64,000 nucleotides of DNA. Source: Octopus bimaculoides. Lineage: Eukaryota. Below the pieces are notes generated by a model. The model made no database searches. It saw nothing but the letters and a program-made list of their open reading frames with translations, and was not told where the DNA came from. Where the stretch lies: positions 20,251,284 to 20,315,283 of the forward strand of contig NC_068981.1 in assembly GCF_001194135.2 (NCBI RefSeq), read 5' to 3'. A program made the translations under genes and the position numbers. This document shows, piece by piece, positions 11,580 to 22,109 of the stretch; positions within the stretch are counted from its first letter, which is position 1; each line of letters opens with the position of its first letter.

Positions 11580-12330
11580 TTCTGCAGATGTACAGGAGTA
11601 GTTCATAGTTGATCATCCATGAAACAAATTCTTTCAAATATTTGGAGGGCTTTCTAGAAATAGTTAATAGCTTCTGTTACCTAGGTGACTGTATCAGTAG
11701 AAGAAAAAGGTTTTCTGAAAGCATAGTAGTAACCAAACTAAGAACAGAGTGCTTACAACAAAAAGATTCTAGCTCCATTTTGTTGAGAAATGTTATACAA
11801 AATTTCATGGTAGTGAAACATGACCATTAAATGTGGAGGATGTGCAAAGGTTGGACAGATGTGAAGCAAGCATGCTTTGCTAAATGTAAGTATGAATGGA
11901 CAAAAGAGCGCAAACAGGTTGAGAGAAGAACTGGTATATGAGAAGTCAAATATAGTATACAAGAGAGAAGATTGAGCTAGTGTAGATATGTGATGCATAT
12001 GAAAAGAAATGCCAAGCAATAGAAATAGAAGGAAGCTACAGGAGATGTAGACATGAGAAAAATTGGTGAAGGCTGATTGGGGAACCTCATTTTGAAAATG
12101 ACAAAGAATCATAGCAAATGGCAAGACACTTATATGGAGAAAATCCATCCAGCTTAGGTAAGCATGGTAAAATGAATATAAAATGATAATGGTAGCAAGA
12201 CATTGTTCTACAGATGACCTATCCAACCCAAGCAAGCATGGAAAAAACAAGCATGAAAATGGTGGTGGTGGTGGTGGCAGCAGCAGTGGTGATGGTAGTG
12301 ACAATGATGATGATGATGATAAGAATGATG
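11580..12330 (+). mobile_element. Decayed RTE LINE 3' portion
   Basis: LEIVNSFCYLGD, FHGSET, EASML motifs; tail CCAACCCAAGCAAGCATGGAAA followed by a GGT/GAT repeat. Confidence 0.75.
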
Positions 12331-12513
12331 AAGCCATGTCAAAGTTCCAAAGATTATTCTTTTTCTTGAAACTAATATAAATGAATAAATGTTTAAACTA
12401 TGTACACACACATATTTCTTGTGTCATCCGTTGAGCTAATTTTTAACATTTCTTCAAACTACTTTTAAAACTAAAATTCACTCCTTTTCATTCTTTCCTC
12501 TTCATGTCTATCA

Positions 12514-12662
12514 TCCTCATCATCATCATTTAACATCCACTTTCCATGTTGGTATGGGTTGGACGGTTTGACATGGAGCTGGCTAGCAGGGAGCTGTCCA
12601 CACTCCTGTTGTCTGTTGAGGCATGGTTTCAATGGCTGGATGCATTTCCTTACACCAACCAC
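12514..12662 (-). mobile_element. RTE-type 3' tail fragment
   Basis: (CAT)n-TTTAACATCCACTTTCCATG..GGGTTGGACGGTTTGAC matches the other RTE tails. Confidence 0.75.
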
Positions 12663-12924
12663 TAAACAGAGACAGAAAGGAAACATAGCACATCAGTAGG
12701 TCAGTGTGTTGGTGAGTGACAGTTTACCAGTTAGATTGCAGATACCATGTCCTCTGAAGATCAGACTATCCTTCCAATTGCTTCATTGCTTATTATGAGG
12801 TATCTCCCTTGCTTTTGGTTTTGTCAGCAGTATATGCCTCACTTTGATACTGGTACGGTTTCAATGAATTAAAGTTATCATGTTGACTACATTAAATATA
12901 TGAACACTTTACTAATTAGCTAAC

Positions 12925-13046
12925 CTTTAGCTTAGATATGTTCCAGAATGTTTGCATGTCTAACAGCTGTTCCATCCTTGTTATGTGTTGTACACTAATG
13001 TGAAACACACTGTCGATTGTATGTTCAGTGCCGGAATAGTTTCTGG
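12925..13046 (-). CDS. Candidate coding exon upstream of 10614-10754 (same putative gene)
   Basis: Strong acceptor gactttctcttcacag, donor AAG|GTTAGC; 122 nt open, (x)RNYSGTEHTIDSVFHISVQHITRMEQLLDMQTFWNISKLK; ends in phase 0, compatible with the next candidate exon; N-glycosylation sequons. Confidence 0.4.
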
Positions 13047-13329
13047 CTGTGAAGAGAAAGTCTTTCTTTTGACGTAGAGTTTTGGCGATGATATAGATAT
13101 GTGATCAGCATGAACCATGAAACAACCTTCAAGTGATCATTACAAAATCTGCCAAATCTACCTTAAATCAAACCCTACTGTTTTAAAAAGGGGGAAGAAA
13201 CATTATTCCTGAAAACAAATACTGGTTGCCCAAGGCTGTAATGACTTTAACTATATATCTGCCTAATAAGAGCTGATCTGAATCTAATCAACAACATCAT
13301 GGCTGTATCATAATCTTTTTATCTTTTAT

Positions 13330-13530
13330 CTTTTACTTGTTTTAGCCATGAGACTGTGGTCATGCGGTGAGGAACAAGGATACCAACAAACACACACATA
13401 TATACATTATATGACATGGCATTTATCAGTCAAGGGATGTAGAAGACACTTGCCCAAAGTGTTGCACAGTGGGACTGAACCTGAAACCACATGATTGTAG
13501 AGTAGGCTTCTTAAACACACAGCCATGCCT
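13330..13530 (-). mobile_element. Internally deleted CORE-type SINE
   Basis: TCTTTTACTTGTTT tail; AGAAGACACTTGCCCAAAG and GGGACTGAACC head. Confidence 0.75.
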
Positions 13531-13793
13531 GCATAAGAACTTATATTCATAGGGATATAATGTTGGAACTATGTCCTCTCAGTACATGGACACAGGCAAG
13601 GCTATCTGGTTAAGCTTGTTTCACAACTACATTGGTTTGGTTTTGCTTACACCTTTCTGCACCTTAAAATCCTTTAACTGAAGTAAATGGAACAGGCAAT
13701 CTGGGAACAGTATCCATATGGATAATACTGAGTGGAAAAAAAAAATTAATTCTAGACATTAACAATTCCTTGAGCTACATTTGCATGTTGTCA

Positions 13794-14623
13794 TACGCAA
13801 ATTGTTAGAAAGGATCACAAAAGTACAGCTCCCAAAATTACTGCAGAGCTTAATGACCACCTTGAGAACCCAGTTTCCACAAAAACTATTCAACGGGAGC
13901 TACACAAAGCTGGATTCCGCGGGAAGGCTGCAATCAGAAAACCATTGCTTTCAAAAACAAACATTGCAAAGCTTTTAGAGTGGAGTAAAACCTACAGAAT
14001 TGGTCCCTAGAGTAGTGGAGGAATGTTATTTTCTTGGATGAGTCATCCTTTACCTTATTTCCGACCACCAGCTGAGTATACCTGTGAAGACGGCCAAAAG
14101 AAGCATTTGATCCAGACTGCCTTTTTCCACCTGTTAAACATAGAGGAGGATCTGAGGTGCTGTATCTTGAAAATCCATCAGCCCAATGGTTTCCCTTCAT
14201 GGCAGAATTAATAGTCAAGACTATTTAAGCATTTTATCTGATCAAATTCATCCTACGGTTGCGGAACTGTTCCCGGAGAGAAACGCAATCTTTCAGGATG
14301 ATAATGCACCAATTCACACAGCTAAAGTTGTTACTGAATGACACGAGGAACATTCTAATGAAGTTGAACATCTTATCTGGCTACCACAGTTCCCAGATCT
14401 CAATATTATTGAACATTTATGGTGCATTTTAGAAAAACAAGTAAGGAGTCAATATCCTCCACCATCATCACTACAAGAACTGGAGACTGTTTTAGCTGAA
14501 GAATGGACAAAAATTCCTTTGGAAACAATTCAAGTTGTAATTACCACCAAAGGCAGTCCTACCCCATATTAAAATAAATTTGTTTGAAATTTTAAGGTGC
14601 TTCCATTATTTTGTCCAACCCCT
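13794..14623 (+). mobile_element. 5'-truncated second copy of the Tc1 element
   Basis: Collinear with the reverse complement of 5001-5870; ends in TIR TTCCATTATTTTGTCCAACCCCT; IFQDDNAPIHTAK...PDLNIIEHLW. Confidence 0.95.
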
Positions 14624-14969
14624 CTGTGTGTGTATATGTGTAGCATTCTGGAAATTGTAATTCCAACTTTGTAATGAACATGTAGATGCCACATTTCTGC
14701 TTTATCTATAAAATGTAGGTGATGCTGTCAGTGTTATGAGAGAACTACATTTATAAATCTTTCTGAACTACAAAAGACATAAATAAGTTCAAGAGAGAAA
14801 TTAATTATATTAAAGAATGTGCTGAAGGCTCTAACCTGAAGCTGTTGATATCCTAATTAACTTAAGCAACTTAATTAGTAATGTACAGCTGTAGAATGTC
14901 TCACTTCAAATAAAATCAGTATTGTGTCATGCAATAGATGACATAGCCAAGGTGCCATGGGTTTAAGTA

Positions 14970-15003
<34 letters not shown>

Positions 15004-15228
15004 TGTCTGTCTGTCTGTCTGTCTGTCTGAGTGCATGTGTGCATGCATACATGACTATCGCATATGTATTTGTTTGAAAATTTGTCTCTGTTTATGTGTT
15101 TGTTTTATTGCCATGTGTCTGTGTGTGATAGTCTGATTGCGTGTATGTGTATATATCTAAGTGAATGTCCATCTCAGTGCATGTCAGTATTTGTGTGTGT
15201 GTGTGTGTGTGTAATGTATACTCTCTCT

Positions 15229-15806
15229 CTCTTTTACTTGTGTCAGTCATTTGACAGTGGCCATGCTGGAGCACCGCCTTTAGTCAAGCAAATCGACCCC
15301 AGGACTTATTCTTTGTAAGCCTAGTACTTATTCTACCGGTCTCTTTTGCCGAACCGCTAAGTTACAGAGATGTAAGCACACCAGCATCGGTCATCAAGCG
15401 ATATTGGGGGGGACAAACATAGACACACAAACATATGCACACACATACATATATATATATATATANNNNNNNNNNNNNNNNNNNNNNNNNNNNNNNNNNN
15501 NNNNNNNNNNNNNNNNNNNNNNNNNNNNNNNNNNNNNNNNNNNNNNNNNNNNNNNNNNNNNNNNNNNNNNNNNNNNNNNNNNNNNNNNNNNNNNNNNNNN
15601 NNNNNNNNNNNNNNNTGTATATATATATATATATACATATATACAACAGGCTTCTTTCAGTTTCCGTCTACCAAATCCACTCACAAGGCTTTGGTCAGCC
15701 TGAGGCTATAGTAGAAGACACTTGCCCAAGGTGCCATGCAGTGGGAATGAACCCGGAACCATGTGGCTGGTAAGCAAGCTACTTACCACACAGCCACTCC
15801 TGCGCC
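15229..15806 (-). mobile_element. CORE-type SINE, full length, gap 15466-15615 in its internal (TA)n
   Basis: Same structure as 2051-2464; head GGCGCAGGAGTGGCTGTGTGGTAAG on the minus strand. Confidence 0.9.
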
Positions 15807-16274
15807 TATATATCTGAGTAAAGTAAGTGTTTACTTAATGTGCATCTGCTTGTGTATGTGAGTCTGTGTAGAATGTTTAGGGTTTGTAACTCTTTGACAG
15901 TTGAGTCTTGTGTTTCTTACGTTTTACCTGATCCTGTATAAATTGATGTTCAAGTTTGTTTTCCAACCTGTTCATACTACAGTAGGTAAGATACTGAGAC
16001 ATTTTCTCATGATCAAGCAGACTTATAGATCAAGACATTCCAACCATGAACATCCCATTGATAATTTCAGAGATTGTGTATCTTCACCATATTATCTAAT
16101 GTGACTTTTCCTCCTTTTAAGACAGCAGGATGTGATTTGAGGGAATTTGGTTGCTATTTTTAGCAGGTGACTGACCCCTATGGGTTTCCCAGTAGCTGCA
16201 TAGGCATTAATTTTTGATAGTTCTTGTAAGATATGATACATAAGGGAGATAAGTTAGTCAAATATTAATATATA

Positions 16275-16500
16275 GGGCATCTAAGGTGGTGAACTGGCTG
16301 ATTCGTTACCACACTGGGCAAAATACTTAGCAGCATTTCATCTGTCCTTACATTCTGAGTTCCAGTTCCACCAAGGTTGATGTCTCCCTTCATTTTTTTA
16401 GGGTCAATAAAGTAAGTACCTGTTGAGCACTGGAGTCCATGTAATTGACTTACCCCACCCCCTGATATAGCTGGCCTTGTGCCAAAATTTGAAACCAATA
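16275..16500 (+). mobile_element. Second SINE family with a Deu/Nin-like central domain
   Basis: tRNA-like head AAGGTGGTGAACTGGC...TTCTGAGTTCCAGTTCC; central CCTTCAT...GGGTCAATAAAGTAAGTACC; a more decayed copy lies at ~58180-58370. Confidence 0.6.
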
Positions 16501-16604
16501 TACAGGGCATCTTTGTTTCAAAATAGTTTCCACCACATGCTGATATAAATGCACATGTAGACTCACACACATATTTTTAGCCAATCTAATCTAAACTTGG
16601 CTAT

Positions 16605-17500
16605 GTCAAACTCCAGTATAAACTGCAACTTCATTAATCTAAATAATTGCCCATTACATCATACATGTAGGTTTAAAGATGTGCACTAGGCTACTGTAAG
16701 AAAACAAACAACTTATCTACGTCATTAATGGTGAATCACTTCAAATGACAATATATTCAGCATTTCTACACTTTGTTATATATAAATCAGAATAGATGGG
16801 ATAACACATCACTTTCAAACTTTATCTGGAATCTCAAATTGTAAACAATCAAGTTTAACTTTAATTGGAAAAAAACTCACTTCTGCCAAATCCTACACTA
16901 GCTACAAAAAGCCCACAAACCTTTGTACAATAGAGAGCTTAGAAATTCTCTTTACTAAAATACTTTTTAACTGCCACACAGAACATACTTCATTTTGAAC
17001 ACATAAAACACTTCAACATTTCAAACCTATGATCTACATGTGCCAAGTAATTATTCATTTTCCTCTATACATCTTATTCCATTTTACTCTATAAATTGAA
17101 ACATTGTAATTGATATCTGATATAACATCTATATTCTACCAATTAAACTTCCCTTTATTTCTCTCTTATTTGACTATTGTATTAAAGTGACAACTAATTA
17201 TCAATTTAAACATTTTATAATTTTACAGTAGATAACCTATATTGTAGCATCTTTTTCGAACAGATACGACTGTATCAACATAAATACAATTATATATATC
17301 TACAATATATACATAATACTAATCATTTTATTACTATTAGCATTTTGTTAATAGCAAAAGCGACACTGAAGCAACTTCAGATATTTATTACTTATACATT
17401 ATACTAATCGTTTTATTATTATTAACTTCATTTGTATCTAATTCATTAATCGGTTTATTAGTTTGTTGTAAGCATTGTTACCCTTTTCCTCTTCCTCTTC
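16605..17500 (+). mobile_element. Penelope-like element remnant: GIY-YIG endonuclease region plus AT-rich 3' region
   Basis: NCNFINLNNCPL...LSNFIWNLK...FNFNWK..SAKSY...NLCTIESLEIL with frameshifts; paralogous to 20430-21160. Confidence 0.7.
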
Positions 17501-17774
17501 CCCAAGCTTATCATCATCATCATCATCAACATCCAATCCTGGTTTTACAAAACTATATTAGAATGAGGAATTTTGAAACAAACTTCTACTTAATTATTCT
17601 GTGAATGTTATTATTCTATGTATCATTTCTTTGTTTCTTTTGCTGGTTTCAGCTATTGGATTGCTGCCAAAGCTTTTAGTCAATTATATCAACCCCAGTA
17701 TGTTTCCTGATATTAAATCATTTTTCTCATTGAATAAAATATATAGCAGAGATAAGTCTAATGGACATGAAGAC

Positions 17775-17878
17775 ATGGAAATGATATCGGGAATTAAGGG
17801 GGTTAATTAGGAGTTTTACAAGTCCAGCAGCTGTTTCTTGGGGTTTAGTGGTTCAAAGTAATGCTTGTACCTTTCTGT
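17775..17878 (+). repeat. Single partial copy of the palindrome arm at 19345-19430
   Basis: GGAAATGATATCGGGAATTAAGGGGGTT..TAGGAGTTTTACAAGTCCAGCAGCTGTTTCT..TTAGTGGTTCAAA. Confidence 0.85.
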
Positions 17879-18579
17879 TCAAATGTAACAGTTTTCACCA
17901 CATGCTGATATAAACACACACACACACACATGTATGTGTGTATATATCATCATCATCATCATCATCATCATCATTTAACATCCATGTTCCATACTGGCAT
18001 GGGTTGGACAGTTTAACAGGATCCATTGGGTACTGGGTGCTTTTTTTCCTGGCACCAGCACTTGTGAGGTACTATCTTGCAAGATTAAGATCCCTTTTGA
18101 CTGAGCTGGACTACAATAGATAGGGAGGTGGTTTTATGATAAGGGATATTGGGTTAAAGTGAGAGAGAATAGAACTGTTTTTTTTCTCTTTTTGTTTCCT
18201 TTTTTTGTTGTAAAGGAGCTACACAGTTACAATATAGAATAAAGGGTGTGAGTAACCAGAATAGAGCTGGAAAGAGATAAAAATAGTGGTGATAAGTTGT
18301 CAGGGTTGGCCTTTAAGATTGAATGCGAGTAGAAGTGATTGGGGACAGAACAGGAAGTGTGGATAGAGGTTACAAGAGAGTACGGGAGAGTAATGGATGA
18401 TTAGGGATAGGGAGTAAGCAAGAGGATGAATGTTATGAAGAACAAGTTCTGAGAGATGATAAGTAAGGAAGAGAAGATAACAACTGTAGAAATTGGAAAG
18501 GTTGAGGGATTGAGGTGGGTGGAGAGGACAGTATTAAGAATTAAAGATGAATAGTAAATAAAATGGGTCCAGTTAGTAA

Positions 18580-18750
18580 GAAGGGTAATTGGTATGTATG
18601 TATGTATGTATTTTGAAGTGATTCACATTAAACCGTATGTGTGGTTGTTTGTTTCTTGTAGCTTGGTATACAATATCTCTAAGCTTGTATTCATGAAGTA
18701 ATGGGCAGTTATTTAGGTTTATCCAGTTGAAGCCTACTGCAGTGGAGTTT
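18580..18750 (-). mobile_element. Third Penelope GIY-YIG fragment
   Basis: Minus ORF FNWINLNNCPLLHEYKLRDIVYQAT, matching 20455-20530. Confidence 0.75.
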
Positions 18751-18798
18751 GAAATGATGATATATAAGTATGCATGTGTGTGTGTGTGCATCAATAAA

Positions 18799-18833
<35 letters not shown>

Positions 18834-18880
18834 CTTTAGGATAAAATCTATATATGATTTTATCAGTTAGTTAGCATGTA

Positions 18881-18915
<35 letters not shown>

Positions 18916-18946
18916 CAAAAAATATGGCAAAAAATCATATATTAAT

Positions 18947-19100
18947 TAATATCGATTAATTACCAGGAAGCTAGCACATTTAAAGAATCAAAGAGATTCA
19001 GAAACAGTATCTGCAATCTCAGGGGATTAAAGTACATTTTTATATATGACAGTGACCACTATTTCTAGCACATTGAATGTCCACGTTAGTGGTCAACGTC
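18947..19100 (+). mobile_element. Internally deleted sister of the 3148-3626 foldback element
   Basis: Flank matches the reverse complement of 3530-3626, then GTGACCACTA is joined directly to TTTCTAGCACATT..TGTCCACGTTAGTGGTCAACGT. Confidence 0.8.
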
Positions 19101-19107
19101 ATATATA

Positions 19108-19148
<41 letters not shown>

Positions 19149-19227
19149 GGAAAGATATCAGAGACAGGTATTCTCTGTATAGAATACACCTTGTAGTGCT
19201 CAAGGGATTTGAACTTAACCAGGTAGA

Positions 19228-19681
19228 GGAGTTATTGTAAGGACAAGCAAGTTAGGCAAGTTGACATATAAAAAATATTAAATACATTTAATACAAAAAT
19301 ATATGTATGTATGTATACATACAAAAAATAGACAGAATGTAAATGATATCAGGAATTAAGGGGGTTCAGTAGGAGTTTTACAAGTCCAACAGCTGTTTCT
19401 GGGGGCTTAGTGGTTCAAAATAATACTTGTACTTTGATTCCATCATCGTTGGTATCCGATGATGGAATCAAGTTACAAGCATTATTTTGGACCACTAAGC
19501 CCCAGAAACAGTTGTTGGACTCATAAAACTCCTACTCAACCCCCTTAATTCCTGATATCATTTCCATTCTTTGTAAGTCGGACTTTTTTTATATGTATAC
19601 ATGTGTACATTTTTTCTATTAAATGTATTTAATATTTTTTGTATATCAACTTGCCAAACATGCTTGTCCTCACATTTACTC

Positions 19682-19682
<1 letters not shown>
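19228..19682. repeat. 455-bp imperfect palindrome (arms ~220 bp, 8-nt loop)
   Basis: Centre TTGATTCCATCATCG-ttggtatc-CGATGATGGAATCAA; the arms stay alignable out to GGAGT...ACTCC. Confidence 0.93.
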
Positions 19683-19731
<49 letters not shown>

Positions 19732-19879
19732 TCATGTTTGTAGTGCCTGCTTTTCCATACTGGCATAGAATTAGATGGGGAGGTATTTGAGATATAATTT
19801 TTAAGTCTTCAAGTAAGAGATTCTGTCAAACAAAAATGATTCAAAAGCTGTAGAGTATATAGGTAGATAAATCGATAGA

Positions 19880-20313
19880 CAGATATAGATGTGGATGAGA
19901 AGCTTACTTCCGAACCATGTGGTTTCAGGGTCAGTTAAACTGCACAGAACTTTGGGCAAGTGTCTTCTACTATTGCTCTGGATTGACCAAAATATTGTGA
20001 GTGAGTTTGGTAGAAAGAAGCCCATCATGTGTGTGTGTGTGTGCACATGCATATGTACATGTTTGTGTATGTGTGTGTCCCTTGTCTTGAGATCACCTGA
20101 TGGTTGTAAACGAGCATCACCATCATACAACCATAATTGTTCATTTCCTGTGTTCTGTGGAAACAAAGTAATATTTCCCTTGGTTAACCATGGAAAATAT
20201 TACTTTGTTTGGGCAATAGGTGAGGGTTGGCTACAGGAATGCCATCTGTCCATAGAAAGTCTGCCTCAACAAATTTTGTCTGACCCTTGCAACTTTGGTA
20301 AAATGGAAGTTAA

Positions 20314-20345
<32 letters not shown>
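19880..20345 (+). mobile_element. CORE-type SINE variant carrying an RTE-like (GAT)n tail
   Basis: Head AACCATGTGGTTTCAGGGTCAGT..CTTTGGGCAAGTGTCTTCTAC; distinct middle; tail AATGGAAGTTAAATGATGATGAT. Confidence 0.7.
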
Positions 20346-20364
20346 ATACATATACGTAGATACA

Positions 20365-20405
<41 letters not shown>

Positions 20406-20429
20406 ATATGTATTCATATTCTGTCTGCT

Positions 20430-21160
20430 TTAAACTTCATTGGCTGTAGAAACTGCTATTACATTAACCTAAATAATTGCACATTGCTTCATAAATATAA
20501 GCTTAAAGATATTGTGTACCAGGCTACTGTAGAAACAAACACCTTATCAACATCATTAATGGTGAATTGCTTCAAATTACAATATATTCAGCATTTCTAC
20601 ACCTTATTATATATAAATCAGAATAGATGAGACAACACATCACTTTCAAACTTCATCTAGAATCTGAAATTGAAAACCATCAAGTTTAACTTTAATTGGC
20701 AAATATTCACCTCTGCCAAATCTTATACCAGGTACAAAAAAACCTACTGACCATTGTACAACAGAGAGCTTAGAAATACTCTTTACTAAAATGATTCTTT
20801 GTAACCATCACACAACACAAATTTTATCTTGTCTGCATAGAAATATATAAAGTATTTTGATATATCAAACACTTAGTCGACCCAAACACTTAGTCGACCC
20901 AAACACTTAGTCGACCCAAACACTTAGTCGACCCAAACACTTAGTACCTACATGTGCCACCTAATCATCCATTTTCCTGTTTATCTTATTCCATCTAATT
21001 CTATAAATTTAAACTTTGCTTTTGATATATGACATAACATCTATTTCCCATCAATTGAACTTCTCTATATTTCTCACTTATTTGACTATTGAATTTAAAC
21101 TGAGAAGTAATTATCAGTTTGAACATGGTATCACTTTACATGACAAATTTACAGTAGATA
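20430..21160 (+). mobile_element. Penelope-like GIY-YIG remnant, copy 2
   Basis: NCYYINLNNCTLLHKYKLKDIVYQATVETN...DNTSLSNFI*NLK...FNFNWQI..SAKSY. Confidence 0.75.
20866..20945 (+). repeat. 17-bp tandem repeat CAAACACTTAGTCGACC x4.7
   Basis: Four exact units plus 12 bp. Confidence 0.97.
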
Positions 21161-21600
21161 ACTGGGCATGCTTGGTGTGTGAAATGTGCTGTTGCATGGT
21201 AGCAAGACACAGGCCTTAAATGCAGACATGAAGATCAGAAAGAAATGAGGCAATCATGCTTTGTTAGATGTGTTATGTTAGTGTGCATGAGCGACAAAGT
21301 ATAAATGAACTGAGAGAAAAACAGGTCATTCGAGGAGTTTGATGTGGCATGTAAGAGACAAGACTGCATTAGTATGGGCATTTGATACAAATAGAGGAAG
21401 ACTGTTGCATTGGCAAGTACCAAGCGTTCAAATGAAATGACACTTGTGGAAGAGGGAAACTAAGGAAGACTTGGGATAAGGTGATAAAAATAATCTCAAG
21501 ATTCTACATCCGATAAAGGAGTTGACATAGGACTGTGTCAACTGGCAATATACTGTGGCTGGAGATTCAACCTCCTTTGCAAATTTGTTGCAAGGCCAGC
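21160..21600 (+). mobile_element. Decayed RTE ORF2 C-terminal remnant
   Basis: LLHGSKT, RNEAIML, ELREK, RLH*YGH motifs across frameshifts. Confidence 0.75.
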
Positions 21601-21690
21601 TAAAATAGTGGAGTAATATACACTTTCCACTTTCATAGTTATTGCCTATGCTATAACCTCACATCTCTCCACAATCTCTTCTATTCACTC

Positions 21691-21898
21691 ACTCTTTTAC
21701 TTGTTTCAGTCATTTGACTGTGGCCATGCTGGAGCACCACTTTTAATCGAGCAAATCAACCCCAGGACTTATTCTTTGTAAGCCTAGTACTTATTCTATC
21801 AGTCTCTTTTGTCAAACTGCTAAGTTATGGGGATGTAAACACACCAGCATCGGTTGTCAAGCGATGTTGGGGGGACAAACACAGACACACAAACGTAT

Positions 21899-21931
<33 letters not shown>

Positions 21932-22094
21932 CGACGGGCTTCTTTCAGTTTCCGTCTACCAAATCCACTCACAAGGCTTTGGTTGGCCCGAGGCTATAGT
22001 AGAAGACACTTACCCAAGGTGCCACGCAGTGGGACTGAACCCAGAACCATGTGGTTGGTAAGCAAGCTACTTACCACACAGCCACTCCTGCGCC
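21691..22094 (-). mobile_element. CORE-type SINE, full length, young
   Basis: Intact head (A box, B box GGTTCAGTCCC), CORE and tail; many CpGs retained. Confidence 0.92.
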
Positions 22095-22109
22095 TACATA
22101 CTGTACCTA

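Noticed and set aside
11753-12380. 194-aa and poly-G/D ORFs
   Set aside because: Antisense to an RTE remnant plus GGT/GAT microsatellite.
17555-17582. ATGAGGAATTTTGAAAC hammerhead-like remnant at the end of a Penelope copy
   Set aside because: CUG is missing and stem II cannot form.
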